This document shows, piece after piece, positions 8,827-18,993 of a stretch of 64,000 bases of DNA (the first letter of the stretch is position 1; the number at the start of each line of letters is the position of its first letter). Below the pieces are notes generated by a model that was given only the letters and a program-made list of their open reading frames with translations, had not been told where the DNA came from and did not search any database. The translations under genes were made by a program, and so were the position numbers. This DNA is from Kiritimatiellia bacterium (lineage in GTDB: Bacteria > Verrucomicrobiota > Kiritimatiellia > RFP12 > UBA1067): positions 1,184,001-1,248,000 of the forward strand of contig JBMNFY010000017.1 of NCBI GenBank assembly GCA_050949565.1. Direction: 5' to 3'.

Positions 8827-10206
8827 TCACTCGGTATCTGCCAATTCGCGCCGCCGCAACACCGCGCAACTCGCCGCTGCCAGCAGCAACGGGAAGAGCA
8901 AGGCGTTCCAGCCCAGCGACGTGCGCAACATGTCGGTGTCTATTCGTTCGCCATTCGTCAAGGCCGCCAGCGGCTTGGCCTGCAGAGCGCGGCGCGTGGC
9001 ACTGTGCACCACGCGCGACACCAACACACCGGCGCGATTGCGCCACTTCTGGGCATCCTCTTCCGAAACCACCTGCACCACAGAGTTACCCACCATCGTA
9101 AGCACCAGCAGCATGGTCGCCACAAAAGCGGCCACCGGCAATGAAAAACAGACACTCAGCGCCAAGCCGAAGGCTGCCAGCAGTGCCAGCACGCTCCAGT
9201 GCACCGCCGCCGCGCGCAGCATGTTCATCCAAAAACTGCCGCCCGGCGTCAACAGCGCCACGTCCTTGCGGAAGCGCAATAGGAGCCCCGCTGCGCGCTT
9301 CGGGTCGCTGGTGTGCATGAAACTCAGCTCGAATGCGCGCACGCCTTCTGTCGGAATCTGACCGAAGGCACGCGCGTCCACAACGAACTCGATCTCCTTC
9401 AGCGTGAAATCGTCCAGCGGCACTTCGACGGCCCGCCCCGTCTCGACACAGCTCAATCGGCAGATGCCGCTCACCTGTGTCCGCGTGTTGTACTCCGTCT
9501 CAAAGCGCATACGCGCGGCAATCACCTCGCCGATATGTAGCGGCCGACGCAACTGGAAACGCCACGCCTGTCGGCCTCCCGGCGGGATCTCGCTGTATTT
9601 CTCGTGCGCCTTCTGCTCCAGCACGCGCAGAATGGTGCGCTCACTGTAACCGCTCGGCAACTGGTCACGCGCCTGTAAATCGGCAAAAATTTCACGCGCC
9701 TCTTCACGCGGAGTCGGCAGCAACGGACGTGCCACATGACGGCTGACCGGCCGTTCAATCACTTCCCATCCGTCGCGGCACATGCGCCAATGCACCTGCG
9801 CGTAGACGCCCGCATAGACAACCAACAAGGCCACCGCATTCATCACCAGCAGCGCCAGCCACTTGCCGACCCAGAACTCTACCGCGCGCACCGGCTTCAC
9901 GGCCGAAAGCTGTATGCGGGCGCTATCGATCTCCGCCGCAAAAAGAGCACAGGCTGCCCAGAGCGTCGCCAGGCAGAGAATGCCGAAGGCGAAACTCAGC
10001 GTGTAGGTGAGCAGGATATGCAACTCCCCTTCGGGCGTGCCATCGCCCTTCACAACGCCGGGCAACACCAGCACGCAGGCCGCCAACAACACAAGCAGCG
10101 CCGCGACCGTCCGCGTCCGTAGCGCGGCCCGCACAGCGAGAACCGTCACGCCGCCGATGCGCCGCGCGCTCGCTGCGAAAAACCGATGGAGTAACTTTGA
10201 AGGCAT
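8827..10206 (-). CDS. ABC transporter permease-like membrane protein
   Basis: Multiple TM segments, KPVRAVEFWVGKWL motif; downstream of the ABC ATPase; start moved to 10206 because the upstream ORF part translates repeats. Confidence 0.75.
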   Translation of the reverse strand: MPSKLLHRFFAASARRIGGVTVLAVRAALRTRTVAALLVLLAACVLVLPGVVKGDGTPEGELHILLTYTLSFAFGILCLATLWAACALFAAEIDSARIQLSAVKPVRAVEFWVGKWLALLVMNAVALLVVYAGVYAQVHWRMCRDGWEVIERPVSRHVARPLLPTPREEAREIFADLQARDQLPSGYSERTILRVLEQKAHEKYSEIPPGGRQAWRFQLRRPLHIGEVIAARMRFETEYNTRTQVSGICRLSCVETGRAVEVPLDDFTLKEIEFVVDARAFGQIPTEGVRAFELSFMHTSDPKRAAGLLLRFRKDVALLTPGGSFWMNMLRAAAVHWSVLALLAAFGLALSVCFSLPVAAFVATMLLVLTMVGNSVVQVVSEEDAQKWRNRAGVLVSRVVHSATRRALQAKPLAALTNGERIDTDMLRTSLGWNALLFPLLLAAASCAVLRRRELADTE

Positions 10207-10224
10207 AAACAAGGAGTATTCTAC

Positions 10225-10334
10225 TTCAGAGTTCAGAGTTCGACGTTCAGCGTTCAGCGTTAAAAAACGTTCAACGCTCAACGTTCAACTTTTAACGCTC
10301 AAGTCACAGGCAAAGAGTTGGAAGTTGGAGTTGG
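10225..10334. repeat. Heptamer tandem arrays (TTCAGMG, AACGYTC, GAGTTGG)
   Basis: TTCAGAGTTCAGAGTTCGACGTTCAGCGTTCAGCG, then AACGTTCAACGCTCAACGTTCAAC, then GAGTTGGAAGTTGGAGTTGG overlapping the ATPase 3' end. Confidence 0.75.
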
Positions 10335-11252
10335 ATCTGTTTCGGGAGCGGAGAGGGTTGCGCCGAGGAAGGGGGCCATGGCGAACGTGCGCTGCTGTCC
10401 GTCTCGTGCCACCACTTGCAGGAAGTAGCGCTCAAGGCTCATCGCCGGGTACTCTTGTCGCACGCGCCGTCCCGTGCGCGCCTCCAGCTCGGCGCGTACC
10501 GCTGCGGCGTCGGGCTCGTCCAAGCCCTCCACCTCAAAGCGCACGGCGTCCGGCTGGCGCAACAGATCGGCGATCTTGCCCTCGGCGCACAACACACCGC
10601 GATCGAGGATCGCTACACGGTCGCACACGTCTTCGACATCCGCCAGCAGGTGGGAAGTCATGAGCACCGTCACGCCGCCTTTGGCCAGCGCGCAAACGAG
10701 GTCCTTCACCTCGCGGCTGCCGATCGGATCAAGTCCGGAAGTCGGCTCGTCGAGGATCAACAACCTAGGCGCGTTGACCAGCGCCTGGGCCAACCCCACG
10801 CGACGCGCCATGCCCTTTGAAAAGCCGCCCACCGCACGGTCGGCGGCATGTTCGAGATCAACCATAGCCAGCAGCTCGCGTGTGCGTTGCACTGCCTGTG
10901 CGCGCGATAGACCGAAGAGACTGGCGTAGTACATCAGCGTCTCGCGCGGCGTCAGAAAGGTGTGCAGGTGCGAGACCTCAGGCAGATAGCCGATACACGC
11001 CTTGGCATGCGTGTCGTCAGGCGCGGAGCCCAACACGCGGATCGTGCCGGCCGTGGGGCGCAACAGGCCGAGTAGCATTTTGATCGTGGTGCTTTTACCG
11101 GAGCCGTTCGGTCCCAGCAAGCCAAAGACTTCACCGTCGTTGATCGTGAGATCCAGCCCTTTGACCGCCTCCACGGTGGGGCGTCGCCAGAAGTCGCGGA
11201 ACACCTTGCGCAGTCCGCGCGTCTCAATCACTGGTGATTTGCTAGCAGGCAT
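10299..11252 (-). CDS. ABC transporter ATP-binding protein
   Basis: GPNGSGKST Walker A, FSKGM signature, LILDEPTSGLD. Confidence 0.95.
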   Translation of the reverse strand: MPASKSPVIETRGLRKVFRDFWRRPTVEAVKGLDLTINDGEVFGLLGPNGSGKSTTIKMLLGLLRPTAGTIRVLGSAPDDTHAKACIGYLPEVSHLHTFLTPRETLMYYASLFGLSRAQAVQRTRELLAMVDLEHAADRAVGGFSKGMARRVGLAQALVNAPRLLILDEPTSGLDPIGSREVKDLVCALAKGGVTVLMTSHLLADVEDVCDRVAILDRGVLCAEGKIADLLRQPDAVRFEVEGLDEPDAAAVRAELEARTGRRVRQEYPAMSLERYFLQVVARDGQQRTFAMAPFLGATLSAPETDPTPTSNSLPVT

Positions 11253-11282
11253 CTCTCAATTCCTCCCGTGCGCCGTTGCGCG

Positions 11283-12365
11283 TCATCCCAAATCCCGTTC
11301 ACGGAACGCCAGACAGCCAGCGCCCAGAAAGAGCACGCAGCAAGTCAGCGCATAGAGCGCGGCCGCGCCGACATAGCGCCAAGCAATACGTCCGCCACGC
11401 GCGACTGCGTCGCACAACCAGAAATTCTGCAGGTCCGGCAGCAGACCAGCTACCAGACCGCGTACCGACCAGAACGGCGCACCGATCAGCAACGAGTCGC
11501 CGGCCAGACCCAGCAGCAATACGCCAGCGCAGATCGCGAGGGTCGGGCCGGTCGGCAGGCGCGTGGCCAGCGCGGTCGCCAGTGCCGCGAAAATCGCCAA
11601 CGCAAAGAGCACCAGCAACGCAACGGGGATCACGCGCAGATTCAGTTCCGGATGATAGAACACCCAACCCGCCGCATGGGCGTGGCCCGCGCCACTGTCG
11701 AGACAGGCGGCCTCCCCGAGCAACGGGTAGAGTTGACCCAGACGATTGTAGAAACCGGTGGCGAGCACCACCAGCACCTGTGACAGCACCACGCCGACAA
11801 AGGCCGAAACCCCAAACCTCCGCCGCCCGTAGTAGTGGCGCGCCGCTGCCACGAGCAACGCCACAGCCACGCCCGCCACACCCAGCACCAACGTGATCAC
11901 GTCCATCACGTAGCCGGTATACTCAATATGCGAAATGAAGTGCGCCGAGCCGCGTTCTGCCAGCAACGTCGCACAGAGCACGCCCAACCAAAACAGCATG
12001 GTCACCGCGAGCACGCCCAACGCCTTCGCCAGCAGAAACGTCACACGCCGCACCGGCTTGCCCAGCGCGGCGGCGGCGGTGCCGCACGTAATCTCTCCGG
12101 ACACCGTGCGGCCAGCCGTGCCGGCGGCGAGCACCAGACCGAACACCAGCATACACGCCAAACCGCTATCGCGCGCGAGCCGTCCGTCTTCGCCGAACCG
12201 GTGAAACTGAAAGACCGGCACCAGCAGCGTCGTCATCACTGCCGAGAGCAGAATCAAAAAAGCGACCGGTTGCTGGATCGCTTCGACCAGCGTAGCCCGT
12301 GCAATGGCCGCTGTCTGTTTCAGTGCGAGGCCTCGCGCCCTACTTTGACCGTCATGGGGAAACAT
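11283..12365 (-). CDS. ABC transporter permease
   Basis: IARATLVEAIQQP, KPVRRVTFLLAK, terminal FRERDLG; start codon uncertain. Confidence 0.78.
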   Translation of the reverse strand: MFPHDGQSRARGLALKQTAAIARATLVEAIQQPVAFLILLSAVMTTLLVPVFQFHRFGEDGRLARDSGLACMLVFGLVLAAGTAGRTVSGEITCGTAAAALGKPVRRVTFLLAKALGVLAVTMLFWLGVLCATLLAERGSAHFISHIEYTGYVMDVITLVLGVAGVAVALLVAAARHYYGRRRFGVSAFVGVVLSQVLVVLATGFYNRLGQLYPLLGEAACLDSGAGHAHAAGWVFYHPELNLRVIPVALLVLFALAIFAALATALATRLPTGPTLAICAGVLLLGLAGDSLLIGAPFWSVRGLVAGLLPDLQNFWLCDAVARGGRIAWRYVGAAALYALTCCVLFLGAGCLAFRERDLG

Positions 12366-12478
12366 GTCAGAGAGTGTAGCGAATCGTCTCTTGACCGTCA
12401 AAGATAGTAATGAAACCTGAAAATCAGGATTCTGTTCAAGTCATGCCCACCTGTGATACTCTTTTACTGCTCTCGTGT

Positions 12479-12579
12479 GAGGGTCTTGCAAAACCCCTTG
12501 CCTACAGGTGTGGCACGGGCATCTTGCCCGTGTTTCATGGGCGGGACGCCCATGCCACGAGGGGTTTTGCAAGAGCCTC
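12479..12579. mobile_element. 101-bp MITE-like element with REP doublet (second copy)
   Basis: GAGGGTCTTGCAAAACCCCT...AGGGGTTTTGCAAGAGCCTC; GTGT on both flanks. Confidence 0.82.
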
Positions 12580-12616
12580 GTGTGTAACAGCAAACCCCAA
12601 CCTTTAATTTTCCGCG

Positions 12617-14287
12617 ATGCTCGTTCAGCTTTCAGTCAAAAATTTGGCCATTGTCGAAATGGCCGAGGTGGTGTTCGGTCCCGGCCTCAACATCATCACC
12701 GGTGAGACCGGCGCGGGCAAGTCGGTGCTTATGGGTGCTTTGGATTTGGTGCTCGGCGGACGCGCTGACAGGTCCGCCGTGCGCGAGGGCGCCTCAGAAG
12801 CCTGGGTAGAGGCCGTGTTCAGCCTCGCCGACAGCCGTGCCGTCGACCGTCTGCTTGATGACGCCAGCCTGCCGCTGTGCGAAGAGGGTGCATTGCTGGT
12901 GCGGCGTTCGGTCGCGGCCGCGGGCGCGGGCCGCTGCTTGGTCAATGACACGCCGACCACGGTTCAGACGCTGCGCCGTCTGGGCAGCCTGCTGGTTGAT
13001 ATCCACGGACCGTACGACCATCAGTCACTGCTTGATCCAGATTTCCAGCGCGATGTGCTGGATGCCTATGGCCATTGCGCCGCCGTGCGCGATGCTTACA
13101 GCGGGGCGTGGCGCGAACTTCAAACGCTGCGCGCGCGCCTGGCTGAATTGCAGGGCGACACCGCCGATATCGAGGCCGAGATCGACCGCTTGCAGTTTAT
13201 GGTCGACGAGATTTCAAGCGCGGGGCTGAGTGAAGATGACGAGGAGCCTTTAGTCGCCCAGCACGCCGAGGCCGCCAACGCCGAGCAGATCCTCGCAGTG
13301 GGCACGGCGATCTGCAACGGACTGATAGACGGCGAACAGTCGGCCTTTGACCTGCTGGCCGGGATCCAGACGCAACTTACCGAGCTGGCGCACATCCTGC
13401 CCGAGGCCGCCGCCTGGCGCACCGACGCGCAGGCCGCCGCCGTCCAAATCCAAGAGGTAGGACGCGCCGTCGCCGACCGACTCATCCGGATCGAGGCCGA
13501 TCCCGACCGCCTGCAGCAGCTTGAGGCGCGCATGGCTTTGGTCCAAAGGCTAAAGCGCAAATACGGGCGCACCGTCGGCGACGTACTGGCCACGCTCGCC
13601 GAACATCAAGCGCGCCTGCACGACTTGGCAACGCGCACCGAACAGGTCGAACGCTTGCAGACCGATATCGCAGAGGCTGAGGGTGTCCTTACCCGTAAGG
13701 CTGACGCGCTCACCAAGAGCCGTACGCAGGCCGCCGGTAAACTGGCCCGCGCAATCACCAAAGAGTTGCACGACCTCGGCTTCCTCAAATCCGGCTTCGC
13801 GGTGGACCTCGCGGCCTGTGCGCCGGGGCCGCACGGCGCGGACCTCATCTCATTCGGTTTCGCCCCCAACCCCGGCGAGCCGATGCGACCGCTGAAAGCC
13901 ATCGCCTCCAGCGGCGAGATCTCGCGCGTCATGCTCGCCGTCAAAGCGGTACTCGCCGCGCATGACAGCATCCCCGTACTGGTGTTTGATGAGATCGACG
14001 CCAACATCGGCGGCGAGATCGGGCGCGTCGTGGGCCAGAAGATGCGTCATGTGGCCGAAACCCACCAGGTCATCTCCATCACGCACCTGCCGCAGTCCGC
14101 CGTCTACGGCCACCAGCACTACGTGGTTTCAAAAGAGGTGGTCAAAGGACGCACGCGTATGCGCGTCGAGGCACTTGACGATGCGCACCGCGTCGACGAA
14201 ATCGCGCGCATGCTCGGCGGCAAAGGGCTGACCAGCGTAATCGAAAGCCACGCCCGCGAACTACTCGCCTCTGCGAGAGAGAAGTGA
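12617..14287 (+). CDS. recN: DNA repair protein RecN
   Basis: ITGETGAGKS, ASSGEISRVML, FDEIDANIGG, ITHLPQ. Confidence 0.97.
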   Translation: MLVQLSVKNLAIVEMAEVVFGPGLNIITGETGAGKSVLMGALDLVLGGRADRSAVREGASEAWVEAVFSLADSRAVDRLLDDASLPLCEEGALLVRRSVAAAGAGRCLVNDTPTTVQTLRRLGSLLVDIHGPYDHQSLLDPDFQRDVLDAYGHCAAVRDAYSGAWRELQTLRARLAELQGDTADIEAEIDRLQFMVDEISSAGLSEDDEEPLVAQHAEAANAEQILAVGTAICNGLIDGEQSAFDLLAGIQTQLTELAHILPEAAAWRTDAQAAAVQIQEVGRAVADRLIRIEADPDRLQQLEARMALVQRLKRKYGRTVGDVLATLAEHQARLHDLATRTEQVERLQTDIAEAEGVLTRKADALTKSRTQAAGKLARAITKELHDLGFLKSGFAVDLAACAPGPHGADLISFGFAPNPGEPMRPLKAIASSGEISRVMLAVKAVLAAHDSIPVLVFDEIDANIGGEIGRVVGQKMRHVAETHQVISITHLPQSAVYGHQHYVVSKEVVKGRTRMRVEALDDAHRVDEIARMLGGKGLTSVIESHARELLASAREK

Positions 14288-14402
14288 TAGGTAAGATGTA
14301 ATAGGTAACCGGTAGGTAAGAAGCAGTAGGCAGTAGGCAATAGGCAATAGGCAAAAACTCCTAAATCCTAAATATTAACTCTGGCCTTCGCGTCGCGCGC
14401 GG
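14288..14402. repeat. Heptamer arrays (TAGGYAA/TAGGCAG) plus an inverted hairpin+(TTTAGGA)n unit between convergent genes
   Basis: CAGTAGGCAGTAGGCAATAGGCAATAGGC, then AAAAACTCCTAAATCCTAAATATTAACTCT. Confidence 0.75.
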
Positions 14403-14405
14403 CGG

Positions 14406-15099
14406 TCAGGAGAATTGCTTGATGGCACCCGCGACGGCGCGCACCAGCAGGTTGACAACCGCTGAATAGGCCGCTGCCGTGCGCACCAGCAGGGCGGCAA
14501 CCACCGCCGACAGTGAGATAGAGGTGGTGCAGATCAGCCAGAGAAGAATCCCCAGCATATTGAAAATATAGATCACGGCGTACGAAAGGATCCGCCCGTA
14601 CTCGAGAATGTCGGGTTGCCGGGTCAAGAGGCTCTGGACAGTGAAGCAGAGATGGAACCCCCAAGTAAGCCCGACGAGAAAAAGCCAGACATAAGGCAAG
14701 GGAACGGGTTGCACAAAACACCCGACCAGCCAGCGGAGCAGCAGCACCAGCACCGTGTAGAAAGGAAAGAAGTAGGGCGCCAGCGTAATCAGCAGGTTGG
14801 TCTTGGAGAGGCTGACGCTGCCGCCTTTAGCCGTGACCTTCATCTTGCGAATCCGCGCGCCGAAAAGCAAGGCCCAGAGCGCATGCGTCAACTCGTGCGC
14901 CATCACGTAAGCCCGTGCAGGCTGCGGCATGACGAACCATAAGACCAGCCAGAGCGTGTAGCCGATTCCCAACCAAAGCACTTCGGGAGAAAAAAGACCG
15001 CCCGCCAACCCGCGTAACAGGTCAAGCAGGGCCGAGAGTCATCGCCACACACAGCGGAATCAACGCCAATCCCGCAACCAGCCGGAAAAAACGATTCAT
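14406..15099 (-). pseudogene. M50-like membrane metallopeptidase with an apparent 1-nt frameshift near 15035
   Basis: HELTH zinc motif and LITLAPYFFP; ATG at 15099 (MNRFFRLVAGLALIPLCVAMT) is 1 nt out of frame with the main ORF; could be a sequencing error. Confidence 0.65.
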
Positions 15100-15105
15100 T
15101 CAGGA

Positions 15106-15414
15106 TTACCGCGACGCCTCGGCATCGAACACAAAGACCAGTTCCCCTTCGCGCACCCGCCGGTTCATGCGGGCCACGCGCTCGACATACTCAGGATCGG
15201 TCTTGAAACGTTGCTGCTTATCCTTCAGCAGCTTGAGTTGGTGGTTCTTGTAATCGATCCGACGCATCAGCTCGTTCCGCTGCTGGTCGAGCCCCTTCAT
15301 TTGATAGTATTTGGGGACAATCGTCACCGCACCCGCGATAATCACGAGTGCCGTAGCGATAATCAACGTCGTCCGCGTTATGATGGTCAAAAATACGTTC
15401 ACAACTTCAGCCAC
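15106..15414 (-). CDS. Septum formation initiator (FtsB/DivIC family)
   Basis: TM helix + coiled coil + DPEYVERVAR...GELVF; start approximate. Confidence 0.82.
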   Translation of the reverse strand: MAEVVNVFLTIITRTTLIIATALVIIAGAVTIVPKYYQMKGLDQQRNELMRRIDYKNHQLKLLKDKQQRFKTDPEYVERVARMNRRVREGELVFVFDAEASR

Positions 15415-15590
15415 ATCTGGACACAACCCACAGTATCCACCCCCAGTGAACACATTGTGCGGAGAAAAGTCAACCGGATTTTTGAAAAATCCAACGGAAA
15501 ACCAATCCCCGTTTTTACGCCGCTCATTTTAGGCTCTTATTTCGGGTTCTGCAACGCTATAATGAAAAGAACTTCACTGGAGAATGTGGA

Positions 15591-16877
15591 ATGAAGAAGC
15601 TGTTAGTGATCCAGGTCGCCGCGCTCGGTCATGCTTGGGCCGAGCGGCACGGTGTCCGTACGGTGGCCGGTTTGCCGTTGCGCCCGCTCGCGCCGGTTTT
15701 CCCGGCCCTGACCTGTACCGCGCAGGCGACCCTGCGTACTGGCTTGACGCCTGCGGCGCACGGTATGGTCGCGAACGGCTTTTTTGATCCGACGCTGCGT
15801 CGTGCGTCTTTTTGGGAGCAGTCCAGCGCTTTGGTGCAGGGACCGCGTATCTGGCAGGCGTTCCGCGACCGGGGCGGCACGGTGGGCATGACCTTTTTCC
15901 AACAGAGCTTAGGTGAGTCGGTGGACCTCGTGTTTTCGCCAGCGCCGATCCACAAGCACAGCGGCGGTATGATCATGGGGTGTTACGGACAACCATCCGG
16001 ACTGGAGGCACGCCTCACCGCACATGCCGGCAGCGCCTTCCGCCTCAGCCAGTACTGGGGGCCGTTGGCGTCGGTCAAGGCCTCGGAATGGATTACCGAG
16101 GCCATTGCCGGCCTGCTCGCCGAGCCGGATGCGCCGGATTTGCTTTTCACCTACCTGCCAGGTTTGGATTATGACCTACAGCGCTTCGGGCCGGATCACC
16201 CGCGTAGCCTACGCGCCCTCAAAACGGTCCATGCGGAGTTGGAGCGGCTCTTTGCTGTTGCCGCCGCCAACGACTACGAGGTCGCGGCCTTCGGCGATTA
16301 CGCGATCACGCCAGTCACAGGCGCCCCGGTCTTTCCCAATCGTGCCCTGCGTGCCACCGGGCTCATGGCGGTGCGCGATGTGCGCGGTATGCTCTATCCC
16401 GACTTTTACCAGAGCCGCGCCTTTGCGGTGGTTGACCATCAGGTCGCGCTGGTCTCCGTGCTTGATCCCTCCGCCCTGCCGCGCGCAGCCGAGGTTCTCG
16501 GCGCACTGGAGGGCGTGGCTCAGGTACTGGACAAGGCCGGACAGGCCGCGCTAGGTGTCGATCATCCCCGCGCCGGCGAGCTGTTGCTGGTGGCATCGCC
16601 GGGGTACTGGTTCGCCTACCCGTGGTGGGACACCGCCCGCGAGGCACCTGATTACGCCGGTCACGTCGATATCCACAGCAAACCGGGCTTCGATCCGTGC
16701 GAGCTGTTTTTCGATCGGCTACCCTTCCGCACCTGTCAGGATCGCACCCGCATCCGTGGCACGCACGGCTTGGCCGGTCCCGACTGCGAAACTGCCTTTG
16801 TTTCAACCCAGCCCTTCGCCTGTTCCGCACTGCCGGAATTCGCCGCCGCTGTGCGCGCGTGGCTCGCGCCGACATGA
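15591..16877 (+). CDS. Alkaline phosphatase / nucleotide pyrophosphatase family protein, EboF-like
   Basis: PVFPALTCTAQAT, HGMVANG, YLPGLDYDLQRFGP, VDIHSKPGFDPCELF, IRGTHG. Confidence 0.85.
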   Translation: MKKLLVIQVAALGHAWAERHGVRTVAGLPLRPLAPVFPALTCTAQATLRTGLTPAAHGMVANGFFDPTLRRASFWEQSSALVQGPRIWQAFRDRGGTVGMTFFQQSLGESVDLVFSPAPIHKHSGGMIMGCYGQPSGLEARLTAHAGSAFRLSQYWGPLASVKASEWITEAIAGLLAEPDAPDLLFTYLPGLDYDLQRFGPDHPRSLRALKTVHAELERLFAVAAANDYEVAAFGDYAITPVTGAPVFPNRALRATGLMAVRDVRGMLYPDFYQSRAFAVVDHQVALVSVLDPSALPRAAEVLGALEGVAQVLDKAGQAALGVDHPRAGELLLVASPGYWFAYPWWDTAREAPDYAGHVDIHSKPGFDPCELFFDRLPFRTCQDRTRIRGTHGLAGPDCETAFVSTQPFACSALPEFAAAVRAWLAPT

Positions 16878-16898
16878 TCCCCGCAATCCCCGAATGAT

Positions 16899-18071
16899 AT
16901 GAAAACCATCCAACAAGCTATTTCAGTCTCGTTCCGTTACCCCGTCATATTCACACACGGCGTTTTTGATCCGGAGAACACCGCATTGGTCAAGACCCTG
17001 ACCCGCGGCCGACACACGACGCGCGCCCGTGCGCTGGTAGTGGTCGACGACGGTGTCGCTGCGGCGTGGCCCGCGCTCTGCGATGATATCGCACGCTACT
17101 TTAGCATGCATGACGCATCGCTTGAGCTGGTACGCGCACCGCTGGTCGTGCCGGGTGGCGAGCAGGCCAAAAACGAGTGGAACACCGTGCGCGAGCTGAT
17201 GACGCTGGCCGCCGCCGAGCACATGGATCGGCACAGCTATTTTGTGGCGGTCGGCGGCGGCAGCATGCTCGACATGGTCGGTTTCGCCGCCGCCTTGATT
17301 CACCGCGGTCTGCGGTTCGTGCGCCTGCCGACCACCGTGCTGGCGCAGAACGATGCCGGGGTCGGCGTCAAAAACGGCATGAACGCTGTCGGTGCCAAGA
17401 ACTTTGTGGGAACCTTCGCGCCACCATTCGCGGTGCTCAACGATGGCGACTTTCTGCGGACGCTACCGCAGCGCGAATGGGTCGGGGGTGTCGCGGAGGC
17501 GTTCAAGGTGGCGATCATCAAAGACGCGCATTTTTTTGACTACCTCTGCAAAAAAGCGGCGGCCTTGCGCGACCGGGACCAGCGCGTGATGGAGCGTGTC
17601 GTACACAAGACCGCCGCGCTGCATCTGGAGCATATCGCGACCTCCGGTGATCCGTTTGAATTTGGCAGCGCGCGCCCGCTCGACTTCGGCCACTGGGCCG
17701 CGCACCGCTTGGAGTTGCTCTCCGGTTTCACGCTGGGACACGGCCCGGCCGTCGCGATCGGCATCGCACTCGACAGCACTTATGCGATGCTGAAACGCCT
17801 GATCACACCGGCCGAGCATCAATCGATCATCGACGGTTTGGCGACCTGCGGTCTACCCGTGTGGTCGCCGCTGCTGGAGCGGCCCGGCGCCGACGGCCAG
17901 CCGGATGTGCTGGTCGGCCTTGAGCAGTTCCGTGAGCATCTCGGCGGCCGCCTGTGCGTAACGTTGCCCCGCTCGATCGGCGATAAGGTCGAAGTTCACC
18001 GCATCGACCTGCCGCTCATGGTTGAGGCCATCGGGCGTCTGCGCCCCGCACCTGCTGAGGGAGAAAAATGA
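16899..18071 (+). CDS. 3-dehydroquinate synthase-like sugar phosphate cyclase, EboD-type
   Basis: PGGEQAKN, PTTVLAQNDAGVGVKNG, DPFEFGSARPLDFGHWAAH. Confidence 0.85.
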   Translation: MKTIQQAISVSFRYPVIFTHGVFDPENTALVKTLTRGRHTTRARALVVVDDGVAAAWPALCDDIARYFSMHDASLELVRAPLVVPGGEQAKNEWNTVRELMTLAAAEHMDRHSYFVAVGGGSMLDMVGFAAALIHRGLRFVRLPTTVLAQNDAGVGVKNGMNAVGAKNFVGTFAPPFAVLNDGDFLRTLPQREWVGGVAEAFKVAIIKDAHFFDYLCKKAAALRDRDQRVMERVVHKTAALHLEHIATSGDPFEFGSARPLDFGHWAAHRLELLSGFTLGHGPAVAIGIALDSTYAMLKRLITPAEHQSIIDGLATCGLPVWSPLLERPGADGQPDVLVGLEQFREHLGGRLCVTLPRSIGDKVEVHRIDLPLMVEAIGRLRPAPAEGEK

Positions 18072-18991
18072 AAAAAGGGGCACGCTCCTACGCAAACGAT
18101 CCCATCGTCTATCTCGATGGAAAAGAGCGGCGGTCGCTTGACCTCCGGCCATACGGGGTGGCGTGTATTCCATTTCTCGGCTTAAGCAATTTCCAGACGG
18201 TGCGGACGGGAACGGAAGAGCATGTGCATGAAGGATGTGTCGAGGTCTCCTTGTGCCTACGCGGCAATCTCGCGTTTGAGGCCGACGGCATTGAGTACCC
18301 GTTTCTGCCGGGTTCAGTCTTTGTATCACAACCGCATGAACCGCATCGGATGCGCCACAATCCCAAGGGACTCATGCTTCAGCGCATCCTTTTCAAGATT
18401 CCGAAAAAAGGGGCGTGTGTGCTTGATTTGCCGCGCCGCGAAAACGCATGGCTCGTTCGGGAAATGCAAAATTTTCCCATGCGGTTGTTCCCCGCAACGG
18501 AACGAGTCAAGGTTGCGTTTGCGAGACTTTTCGAGCGGTACGACTCTGAAGAACGCGGGACGGTATCCTGTCGGCTCAAAATGAAAGCGGCGGTGCTCGA
18601 ACTCCTGCTGGCACTGATTGAAGCTCCGCATGCCCCGGCGTCTTCGAAAGGACGCCCGCACGCCAAAGTGAAGGCGATCGTCGAGCGGCTGCGAAAAATG
18701 CCGACGGAAAATTATCCCGTGGAAAACCTCGCGCAGGAGGCCGCGCTCTCTGTCGTAGCTTTCACCGATGCGTTCAAGCGGGCCACCGGGCTCCCCCCTC
18801 ACGCCTTCCTCCTCGATCAGCGGGTCAAGGCCGCCCGGATCGACCTCGCCGATCCGCTCAAGAATATTGCGTCGATCGCCGCGAAATACCGCTTCTCGTC
18901 GCCTCAGCATTTTGCCACGGTCTTCAAACGCATCACCGGCCAAACGCCTCGCGCGTACCGCGAACGCGTTACGCGCGGAGTCAACATGTAG
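18068..18991 (+). CDS. AraC family transcriptional regulator
   Basis: HVHEGCVE cupin; FKRATGLPPHAF and FSSPQHFATVFKRITG. Confidence 0.9.
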   Translation: MKKGARSYANDPIVYLDGKERRSLDLRPYGVACIPFLGLSNFQTVRTGTEEHVHEGCVEVSLCLRGNLAFEADGIEYPFLPGSVFVSQPHEPHRMRHNPKGLMLQRILFKIPKKGACVLDLPRRENAWLVREMQNFPMRLFPATERVKVAFARLFERYDSEERGTVSCRLKMKAAVLELLLALIEAPHAPASSKGRPHAKVKAIVERLRKMPTENYPVENLAQEAALSVVAFTDAFKRATGLPPHAFLLDQRVKAARIDLADPLKNIASIAAKYRFSSPQHFATVFKRITGQTPRAYRERVTRGVNM

Positions 18992-18993
18992 AA

